64,000 nt of DNA from Chiloscyllium plagiosum (lineage: Eukaryota). This document shows positions 23,701-35,700 of the stretch, piece after piece. The stretch covers positions 41,805,964 to 41,869,963 of the forward strand of contig NC_057721.1 of assembly GCF_004010195.1 (NCBI RefSeq), in the 5' to 3' direction. The notes beneath the pieces are model-generated. The model had not been told where the DNA came from, made no database searches, and saw only the letters and a program-made list of their open reading frames with translations. The first letter of the stretch is position 1. Every line of letters starts with the position of its first letter. The position numbers were made by a program, and so were the translations under genes.

Positions 23701-26700
23701 GTTATGGTGACGAGATGTCTGAAAATGAGCCTTCCAGCTCAGCAAGCAAACGTGCATCCATATTTCAGTAGTCATATAACAAATTATAGAGGTTATTCAC
23801 CTTCAAAGGGAAATCTATAAGTTTATTTCTAAAATGTTGTTAGTGGAATACTTTGTGCTGAAGATTGCTTATGTACTTCTCGGTATTTCTTTGATAGTCA
23901 GATAAAGTAAGGGATTACTAAATTCCTCTTTTATTGTTACAAATCTTAAAACATTCAGGAAGTTAGCACTTAAGTTTGTAACCTCTCTTGGTTGAATTAT
24001 TTGGAAAAACAAAACTTTTCTAATACACAACCAGAAATTACTGGTGAAACTCAACATTTCCTTTTTTAATATACTGATTAGAATGCTTTGGGCATTTGCG
24101 TTATACCTTGAAACTTTTGTGAAATAATTGATACTTGTTATCCTCTGGACATTTGCTTCTGACTGTGTTCCAACAGGCTATTAAGTTTAATCCTTGAAGG
24201 AAAATACATTTGTGACAGTTTTTTCCAATAATTGACTCTAAATTCAAATCTCTCTCATGGAAACATTGTTTTAAAGAATTTTGCATGACACCTTTCAATT
24301 GGTCAGAGTGCTCCTTAGTTATTCAAACAAATGACTGCGTAGAAAAATGCAGACATTCTCAAAATACTGTAGAACAAAGCATGATTTTCTTTTTCCCAGT
24401 TAAATGTACTTAATTTTGTGGATATCCACTTTCTTTTTATCTTTGCAGTTTGTGGTAGCTGGAGATCACCTGGTCCATCACTGTCCCACTTGGCAATGGT
24501 GAGTGAATAATGGATTGTGAAAATTTAAAGTAATAAATGAAAACTGAAACCTACATCTAGAACAAATGAATCGCTTTGAGCCTGTGTAATTCTGCATAAC
24601 ATGTAATTAAAATTTGTGATATGCAACATTTATCTGGAACGGGGTCGGGTGGTGGGGGGGTGGGGGGGGGGGTGGTTCGAGTAAATCTAAATGCCTGACA
24701 CTGGATGGAACACTACCTAATGTTATGTATTATGGGTGATCAGATAGAGCTTTATGATGTCTTGAGGGATTTAAAATATTATACCATTGTCACTACCAGA
24801 ATTGAGAACCACAAACGTGCATGATTGTGGTGCCAGCATCACTAATAATTTCAGTTTTAGCTAGTCAAGCTAACTGTAGTAACATGATTGTTCCAAATTA
24901 TATTAATGATCTGTTAGGATACAGATTCAGGAAATCAGAATAGAGAATATTGCCATATAATGTATATGTTAGAGGTTATTCACCTTTAAAGGGAAATCTA
25001 TAAGTTTATTTCTAAAATGTTGTTAGTGGAAGATTGTTTAGGTATTTCTCAGTATTTCTTGATAGTCAGATGAAGTAAGGGATTGTTAAATTCCTCTTCT
25101 TTTGTTACAAATCTTAATACATTCAAGAAGTTATCACTTAAGTTTGTAACCTCTCTTGATTGAGTTACATGGGAAAATAAAACTCATCAATGGCCAAATG
25201 AAGCTTGTCGCAGGGAGATAATTGGAAATACCAGTTAGTAGAACAATCTAGTTGATACAGTGCTGAATAGCACAAATTTGACTACAACTTGCAGCATGAA
25301 ACGTCTGTTTAATCGAATGGATGAGCTTATGCTGTGTAAAAGCCTTCTCTTGCATCCTTTCTCTAACCTGATAAATGTAATCCATTCTCAGTCATGTTTA
25401 TCTAATTTTCCTGAAATGCATCTATACTAGCAACCTTTACTGCTCCTTGTTGTAAGGCATTCTGTGTTTAAGCATTCTTTAGGTAAAGAAGTTTCTCCTG
25501 AACTTCCCATGAGTTTATTAGTGACTGTCCTTAGATCTTTGACCTTACTCTGGTTTCACCGTCGGTGAAACCTTCCTCTTATTGTAGACCTTTTGACAAT
25601 CCAAACATATTATATCTTTATCTAATCTTCATGGTATTGCTTTAGGTTGAGCAAGCATTGTCATCCATTTTAGATTCCATGCTGATTTTAAACTTTGTTT
25701 CCAGATGTTTTTCTATTAAACCTTTTGAAGATTCTATTATCGTTCATACCACTGACTAAGCTAATTACTTTGGTTCCCGAGATTGTTCCATCTCCCCTCC
25801 AATCATAGGCATCTTACAGTTTTCTGATGCTGTTTCTTTTCTAATAAGTATGGTAGTGTACACATGAGCTGGTGCTTATACTGTCATTCTCCTAACTTTC
25901 CAATATATCTGGATGCAATCCACCTAGACCAAGGGTTTTTAATCATCTCTGTTTGATTATTTCATCAATTATCTCTGCTTTTTTGTTTTAAATGTCTTAT
26001 TTTTTTTTCCTAACCTCATATATCCCAACTTAGTTCCCCGGCTAAACAATGAGACAAATTTGATAATGCTGCCCGTTTTGCTAGAATTATGAGAGTCTAT
26101 CCCTGTCCCTTTTTTTGTGCTGTTGGTGATTTGAAGATTACAAATTTTTATTTTCGAAGCTAATTTTACTTTTTTATTTCCCATTGTTTCTTTAGCTTTA
26201 TAGAATTATAGAATCCTTACAATGTGGAAACAGGCCATTTGGCCCAACAACGACCCTCCGAAGAGTATCCCACCCACACCCACTCCCTTACCACTCTATA
26301 TTTCCCCAGACTAATGCATCTAACCTACACATCCATAGACACCGTAGGCAATTTAGCTCAGCCAATTCACCTAACCTGGACATCTTTGGATTGAGAAAGG
26401 AAACTGGAGCACCTGGAGGAAACCCACGCAGATACTGGGAGAATATGCAAACTCCACACAGACAGTCGCCTGAGGCTGGAATTGAACTAAAGTTCCAAGC
26501 ATTGTGAGGCAGCACTGAGCCACTGTGCCACATCTCTCTCTAACCTTTCTTTTGTCAGCTTCTCATTTGTTGTCTTGCACAGACTATGATAACAACTTAA
26601 ATGAAGGGACTAAGTGGCATCTATTCAAACTTGCTGAATATACAAAACTAATTGCAAAAATAAGCTGTGAGGAAATCATAGTGTATAAAGCAATATAATG

Positions 26701-29700
26701 TTTTCATTGGGGCCTCTTTCCATTTTTCTTCCCATGTCCTTCCTCCTTTTCCAAGTTCCTTTCCACTTGCTTTGAGATATCCTGTATCTCTCATTTTCTA
26801 GCACACAGGCAAAACATCCTTCTGGACTCCTAGATGCAACTGTATAGAGAACATAGGACAAAATCTAAAACACTACTGATTGAATTTACTCTTTCCCCAT
26901 TTGAACTGCATCCCATTCTATAATTCCATGATTAGTATTCTTGCCTGTATAATAAGCAATGTTTATCTTTGTCCTTGCATGTATCTGTTGCACAGGACCA
27001 GTGTCTGCACAATCTCCTTCTCTATGGCACCGTATCTTTCCTTACCCTATTGAATACCAGTCACACACTCCTCTTCCTGCACGTCTGGGGAAAACTATCC
27101 AAAGACTCTCTTTCCCTTATCATCACAGTGTCTCTAACTTCTATTGCAGGTCAACAACTCTGAGTTGCTTCTTGTGTCATTGTTATACTCTGATGATTTC
27201 TTGGATTTTTGGGTCACAAATACAGGGAGCCAACATCAGATCTCTAAGTTAGGGTTGATCCACTGAGAATCCTGTGTGACCCTGCCATGATTATTTAGGA
27301 AGGGGAGGATCAATGATTTTAAAATATCGAATGGGTGCATCTAAGGAGCTGGAAGAAATGGCATTGGCTTATCACTCAGGTTAAAATGGCAAACTCTGAT
27401 CCAACAATAAAACTTTGAGTGGTTTCATGAAGGAGATAATAAGCAATCAGGCCACTGGTCGGCTGAAGTAATTTGAGACCAGACCAAATCGCAGGGATGA
27501 ATCTTTAGCATCTCAGTTCTGTCGATGAGGAGGCCATTTTCATTTGCAATAGAACAGAAAAACCTAGTTTGCCTTCAAAAAGTATGTAGTCCAAAGGAAG
27601 TGTTAATGCAAATTGTCATTTTAATTGATAAATATAAAATGATAAAAGACAATTTAAAATGAAATGATTGTTATCTGTATGCTATTGTTTTTTGCAGGGG
27701 AACTGGGGAGGATGCCAAAGTCAAACCGTACTTGCCCAAGGATAAACAGTTTATGGTGACAAGAAATGGTACCACTGTTTTCATACTGAATCAATTAATT
27801 ATATCTTTTTCACTCAGTCATGATACACTAATTCACACTAATGTATCTTTTCAGTTTAAAATATTGCTGAACATCAAGTGGTTTAGTTGTTCACTGAGCA
27901 AATATACTTTATATTTTAATATGGTTAAATGGTCTACATTTTAATAAATAAAGCTATAATCTTGTGTAGCTTTAAGTAGAGGAAATCTACTGTGCTGCTT
28001 GTATTGTTTCACAGTTTTTTCTATTCCCATATAGTTCCTTGCTATAAGCGTTGCAAACAGATGGAATATTCTGATGAATTTGAAGCAGTCATTGAAGAGG
28101 ATGATGGTGATGGGGGATGGGTGGATACTTACCACAATTCAGGTATCAGAATAAAAAAAATCAAAAAAGGACCTTTAATTCTAAAATTGTCAAGAAATGT
28201 TACTCTTCTAATTTATTAAATGGTTTTGAAAAATAAATATAGATCAGAGCCAACTGAGTAAATTCTAGACCGTTTCTGTGGTATTTAGTCTGGGCATATT
28301 TATTTATATTCACAAAGCAGTAAGATTTCTGGAAAATTTACTTTTCAGCTAATTTTGCACAAAATTATAAAAGAATTGGTAAATCGCAGTTTCTTGAATT
28401 ACTCTATAGCCACTTGTTTTCCTTGCTCGTAAACTGTGACTTAATCATTTACCTTAGAATTTAAAGATATTTGTGCCTTTATTTGTGCGTACATTGGGTT
28501 TCCTTTACTGACAGGTTTTGCAGTACTGGGATTATGTACCAGGATTTGAACTAATTAGTTTATCTGAGGATTTGCTATGCTTTTAAGAGCAAGGGTAATG
28601 AGGATGGTTGAAAATGCTACCTGAAAAAGTCAGGTGACCTGAATTATCCAGTAAATGGCAGAACCTTAAGAAGCATTAACATACAGAGGCATCTGGGTGT
28701 ACAGGTCCACAGATCCCTGAAAGGGGCAACACAGGTGGATAAAGCAATCAAGGCATACAGAATGCTTGACTTCATCAGCATTGAATATAATGCAGCTTAT
28801 ATTACATCTGTATAAAATTTCAGTTAGGCCACATTTGGAATATTGCGTGCAGTTCTGGTTGCCACGCTACCATAAGGACATGGATTCTTTAGACAGGTTG
28901 TGGAGAAGTTTTATCAGGTTGTTACCTGGTCTAGAGGATTTTAGTTATGAAGAGAGGTTGGATAAATTCTGATTGCTTTCACTGAAAGGATTGAGGCTGA
29001 AAGGTGACCTGAAAGATGTCAACAACATTTATGACAGGCACAGTTAGGGTGGATAGTCAAAGGCTTTTTTTTCCAGGGTAGAAGAGTCAACTACAAGAAG
29101 GCACAGGGTCAAAGTGCAAGAGGGAAAGTTGAGGGGTGAATTGTGGGGAAAACCTTTCATGCAAAGGATGATGAGTGCCTAGAATGCACTGTCTGTGGAG
29201 GTGGTGGAAGCAGACACGTTAGTAAGATTTAAGGCATATCATGATAGACACATGAATGGGAGGTGAACAGAAGGATAGAAACCACATGGGGCAATAAGTA
29301 GTTGGTCTAAACTGGCACAGGCTTGGTGGGCTGAAGGACCTGTCCCTGTGCTATAAAGTATTGTATAATCTTAATGTCTGAATTCTCGTTGAGACAATTG
29401 TAATAACTCTCAACCTGTCTGTTTGTCTTCATGTATAACCTGACTTAATATGAAGTAAATATTTTAGAAATTATTTTGTTCTTATGCATTGCAAATGTTG
29501 ATAGACATTTCATAACTGCATTTTCCTGGCGTTGACAGGTGTTGCTGGATTGACAGATTCTGTCACAGAGATTACTCTAGAAAGCAAAGACAACTCAAAG
29601 TGTATAGGCAGCAGCACAGCCTGTATGGATGATAATGATGAAGACGATGATGGAGAAGCTGCTGATATGGAAGGTAATAGCACTGCTATACTCTTAGTTC

Positions 29701-32700
29701 TCAGTAACAGTCCATTTGAAATACTCTAATCTTTCTGGGTTCCCTGACTCTCATTCATTTCCTCTGTATGAATCACTCTCTGACTTAAATATACTAATTT
29801 GCCGAGCCTTCCTGGCTCTCTAGAGAAATGTCCCTTTGTTTCATTTCAGACCATTTTTTCTCGACCCTTCAGCCAACGAACGTACTGCCACAGGGAGTGG
29901 TTGAAGTGAATAGTATAGATGCATTAAGGGGAAATTAAAATAAAATAATAATTTATTGTAACTTGTACTTTCACACAAAAACAGTGAAAAATGTTTAAAT
30001 CACCATACAATGACACCTATATTAATAACAAGACCTGGATAAGATAAGCTGATGGCGAAAGAAAGGAATGGATTTGGGTGAGATCAGATGGAAAAAGGCT
30101 TGGTGAATCATAAAGATTGACATGGACTGGTTGGGCTGAATGGCCTGTGTCTCTGCCATGTAGCTTACAAAATGCGATATAAAATCTACCCTATCAAGTC
30201 CCTTAAACTTGTGTCTCAATGAGAAACATTTCTTATTATTCTTAACTCTAGGGATTTTGGGGCCAGCATGTGGGATTGCCCAATCTATTTTCATTGGATA
30301 ATCTTCACGCTCGGAACAAGTATTTGTTTCACTCCCTCTAAGATTGGTATGGCATGCATTGCGTAAGGAGACCTAAATTGTACACAAGCTCTGGATGTGT
30401 CCTCCCAAGACTTTGAGAGAATACAAATGAGAGTTATGCCTCATTTACACTAATAATTTTGGAACAAAGTCTAATGTGCCATTTGTTTCTCTAATTGTTT
30501 GATACAAGGTCTCTAATATGAATGAGTTGGAAAGCATTGATGGAGAAACAATATTTCTGGAATTTAAAGCCATGAGCCATTATTAGAAGATAGTCGTACA
30601 GCTCGGAAACAGCTTAGGTCCAACTCATCTAAGCTAACCAGATATCCCAATCTGACATAGTCCCATTTGCCAGCATTTGACCCATATCCCTCTAAACCCT
30701 TCCTAACCATATACCCATCCAGATGCCTTTTAAATATTGTAATTGTGCTCAACTACCACTTCCTCTGGCAGCTTGTTCCAGAAGTGTACCACTTTTTTCT
30801 GCATGAAAAAGCGACTCCTCGCATTCTTTTTAAATTTTTCCCCTCTCATCTTAAACCTATGCCCTCGTTAAGTTTGGAGCCCCCCCCCCCCACCCACCCT
30901 GGGAAGAAGACCTAGGCTATTCACCCTATCCATGCTCCTCATGATTTTATAAACCTCTATTAGGTCACCTCTCAGTCTCCAAAACTCCAGGGAAATTAGC
31001 CCCAGCCAGTTCAGCCTCTCACATAACTCAAATCTCCCAATCTCAGCAATATTCTTGTAGATCTTTTCACGTTTCGCAATGTCCTTCCTAAAGAAGGGTG
31101 ACCAGAATTGTACATAGTCCTATACAGCTACAAAATGACATCTCAGCTCCTGTACGCAATGCACGGACCAATAAAGGCAGGTGTGACATATGCTTTCACC
31201 ACCCTGTCTACCTGATACTCCACTTTCAAAGAACTATGCACCTGCACCCTCAGGTATCTTTGTTTGACAACACTCCCCTGGGACTGTACCATTTTTACTG
31301 TGTAAGTCCTGCCCTGATTTGCCTTTCCAAAATGCAATGCTTCACATTTATCTAAATTAAACTCCATCGGCAACTCCTTGGCCCCTTGGCCCATCTGATC
31401 AAACTCCCATTGTACTCTGAGATAACCTTTTTTACAATCCACTACACCACCAATTTTGGTGTCATTTGCAAATTTACCTCCTATATTCACACCCAAATCA
31501 TTTATATATGACGAAAAGCAGTGGACACAGCACCAGTTCTTGTGGAACTCCACTGGTCACAGGCCCTTTGTCTGCTACCTTCAAGCCAATTTCAAATCAA
31601 ATTAACAATCTTTAAATTCAAAAGAGAAATGAGGGGAAATGTATTTACTCAGCAACCAGTTTTTAATTTGCTTGTGGGACATAGGTGTCACTGGCTGGGC
31701 AGGCGTTTATTGCCCATCCCTAGTTGCTTTTGAGAAGGTGGTGGTGAGCTGTGAGACTGTGGAACTTGCCCTCACATGAACTTGTTGAGACAAATAACTT
31801 GGGTGCTTTCAAAAAGAATGTAGATGTGTACTGGTTGGGAAAGGGAAGTGAAACATATACCGAAATGGAATAGAATGGAACGAGACTTTCATAAGGTACC
31901 AGACTCTTTTGTGGAAACTTATGAATATCTTCTCGAATTCTGTACAAATTAAATTCATAAAAATTCCCTGGTTTACTACTAGTCAATCCTGATATCCATA
32001 TTTATGCATTTGTAAGCAGGAGTCACTTGTCAACAAACAGACATGTAAACCTATTGAGACCATTGTTTGGTCTCAAGAGATCAGTTAATCAGGCAGGCAT
32101 CCAAGATCAACCTGGGGCTTTTCTAATTGCTCTGTACAATTTATTTTTGTGCTAATACATCAGAGCAGCTTAAATAATGTATTATCGGACTACATTATTT
32201 TGTTAAAAGGGAAACTGATGAATGGGTTCTTACAATACTCCATTGAGACCAAATTTAGCAGCAGTTCAGTTTTGTTATCACTGATTAATAACTACTTGCT
32301 TAACTGTAATGGAGTGGAATTTTACTTAGAATCTATAGCTGCTAGGATTTCTTCATTCCTTCTCATTAGGGGAATAGATAACAGTCTGTAGTTGACAAAA
32401 ACTGGCATTATGATAGCTGTGTTAGAGGTTTATAGAGTCATAGAGATGTACAGCATGGAAACAGACCCTTCGGTCCAACCTGTCCATGCCGACCAGATTT
32501 CCCAACCCAATCTAGTCCCACCTGCCAGCACCCGGCCCATATCCCTCCAAACCCTTCCTATTCATATACCCATCCAAATGCCTCCTAAATGTTGCAATTG
32601 TACTAGTCTCCACCACATCCTCTGGCAGCTCATTCACCCTCTGCGTGAAAACGTTGCCCCTTAGGTCTCTTTAATATCTTTCCCCTCTCACCCTAAACCT

Positions 32701-35700
32701 ATGCCCTCTAGTTCTGGACTCCCCGACCCCAGGGAAAAGACTTTGTCTATTTATCCTATCCATGTCCCTCATAATTTTATAAACTTCTTTAAGGTCACCC
32801 CTCAGCTTCCGACGCTCCAGAGAAAACAGCCCCAGCCTGTTTAGCCTCTTCCTGTAGCTCAGATCCTCCAACCCTGGCAACGTCCTTGTAAATCTTTTCT
32901 GAACCCTTTCAAGTTTCACAACATCTTTCCGATAGGAAGGAGACCAGAATTGCGGTTGTTAGTAAGTTTAACATTACAGTAGATTATGGTTCTTTCTTTC
33001 ATACTTTACTCCCTTTGAGATGCTGCTTAAAAGCTATCTCTTTGACCAAGCTTTGTATCAGTTGCCCTAGTGTATCCTCATTTAGTTTGATGCCCAGTCT
33101 TGTCTAACACACTCCTGGGGTCATTTTGCAATGTTAAAGTTTAGCTGCACATTGTTAATGTGGGAGTTAAGACAAACAAAAAATATGGAATTATCTCAAA
33201 ATTATCGCACTTATCTGATTAAATTCTGTTGCCTGCTCATTACCCTATTATTTGTTATTATCAGCCATATACTATAGCAGTGCTGAGTACTTATCGTTTA
33301 TTGAACTGTGGCCTGTTATTTGTGGTTCTTGTGTTGCTATTTTAGTTTTGGTTTTTGATTGCCCCAACTGACATATAATTTTGAACATAATTCTGTGGGT
33401 GAAAATAAAATTTTATCCAGTGATCTATGCTATTACATACCTTCAGTGGCAATTTAATGATTATATTGTTAAATCAGTGTATAGTTTGTTTTCTTGTTCT
33501 AGCGTCTTAGTAAATTTTCCTTTCTCGCAGCCTATGAAGAAAGTGGATTGTTGGAAGAGACAGATGATGTAAGTTACAAATTGCTACAGTGTTTAAAACA
33601 AAATATGTTTTAATTGCCCTCTTCAGTTATTTGCTGTTTGTTTAAACTTAGAATTGATGTTTCAGGAAAAGTAGTTTGGAAACTTGATATTTGTGTTAAA
33701 TACAGAAACTTATGCACCTGAGTAATATGGTCTCACTGTTTCATTACACTGAGGAATTTTGAGATGGGTGGCATAAATAGCTATAAAGAAGTCCACTATT
33801 TAGTTTTGGTTGATAATTTGGATATTCCAGCATGTACTGCTTCCAGGAGATCCAAACAGTAGAAAGGATTGCAGCACTTGAAACACTTTGGCCTGTGGGA
33901 TCTCATGACCGTAATACAGAGAAATATCAGGCCAGCCCAGGAAGACCGTGCAAATATTTTTGTTGAACCTCAAAGGACCAAGACAATAATAATCTAATAT
34001 CTAGTTAACCCAACGACCTTCTATTTTAATCATTCATTCATGAGACGTGGATATTTCTTCCTAGGCCATAGTTTATTGCCCATCCCTGGAGATGGTGGTA
34101 GTGAACTGCCCTCTTAAACCCTTGCAGTCGTTCAGATATAGAGGTATCCAGTGTTGTTAGAAAACAAGTTCCAGATTTTTTGTCCCTGCGATTGTGAAGG
34201 CATGGTGATATAGTTCCACTTCAGGATGGTGTCTGACTTCAAAGGATGATGGTGTTTCCATGCAGCTGCTACCATTATCCTTTAGTGGTCACAGTTTTGG
34301 AAGGTGTGGTCAAGGGAGACTGGGTGAGTTACTGCAGCGTATCTTGTAGACGGTACCTTGTTACTGTGTCAGTGCTGAAGACAATGAAAGTTGAAGGTGG
34401 TGTACCAATCCAGCTGGCTGCTTTGTACTGGATGGTGGCGAACTTGTTGAATGTAATTGGAGCTTCACCTATCCAAGCAAATGAGTACTCCAACATACTC
34501 CAGACTTGTGCCTTGTAGATGGTGGACTAACCTTGGGAAGGCAAAAGATGAATTACTGTCCACGTGATTCTTAGCCTCTGACCTGCTTTTGTAGCCACAG
34601 TACATGAGGCTGGTTAAGTTCAGATTCTTTTCAATGGTAACAGCCAGGATGTTGATGTTGTTTGGATTCAGTGAAGGTACTGCCATTGAACATTAAATGA
34701 GCAATGGTTAGATTCTTTTCTATTGATTTATCATTGCCTACTAGCACTTACATGGTGCATTGTTACTTGGTAACACATTAGCCCAAGCCTGAATGTTGTC
34801 CCAGATCATGCTACATATGTACGTGACTGCATCAATACACAAAAAGTTGTGAATGGCATTGAGCACAGTGCAATCATCAGTGAGAATTCACACTTCTGAC
34901 CTTATGTGGGAAAGGAAATTATAACTCAAACATGCAAATATATGAATTTGTTCTTTTGACTGCTCAAGCCTGATCAGGCATTCATTAAGATCATGGCTGA
35001 CTTGTTTGTGGCCTCAACTCCACATTGACACTTGGTCTCCACAATTGAGTCACAGTGTCTTTCACTTGTGGGAGTTTATCCCATATTTTTACCCTTCTAC
35101 AAATTATTTCATAAACATGTTGGCAAGCTGTTCCAGAGCACGACAACTCTGTACAAAAAAAAAGCACTAATATGTAACCTAACTGTTTTCTCACTTTGTA
35201 TTGATGCCCCGACAGGCACAGCCCAGTCCACCATAGAATGAGTGGCTAGTGAGATAGTTGATGTGGCTTGGCTTAACATCTGTCCAAGGATAAATGTTTG
35301 AAGCTATTATTGAATATTATAGCAGGGCACTTGCTTAATAATCTTGAATTTATCCAAAGTCAGTATATTTTTGTGAAATTGAAATCATGTTTATTCTCCA
35401 ATTTATTGGAGAAGCTTGAGGAATTAACATTCTGTGGAAATCTGTTCTTAGATTTCCAGAATGCTTTTGGTAAGGGGCCACATCAAAGATTATTGTGGAA
35501 AATAAAGGCATATGGTGCAGGGGATAACATTGGCATAGATAAGAAAATTGAGTAGCTTACAAGAAGCAGACAGTAGACATGAAAGTGTCTTTATCTGGTT
35601 GGCACAATCTAGACTGATGTACTACAGAAAGCCTCAACATTTTACAATTTATATAAATGACCGGAATGAATAAACAGAAGATGTAGTTGTCAATTTGCTG

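Noticed and set aside
24641-24675. G-rich tract (possible G-quadruplex) downstream of ATG3 exon 3
   Set aside because: Simple low-complexity run, prone to sequencing error, with no evidence of function.
32392-32664. Short ORFs such as [28 protein letters not shown]
   Set aside because: Antisense translations of the CR1 3' end, not genes.
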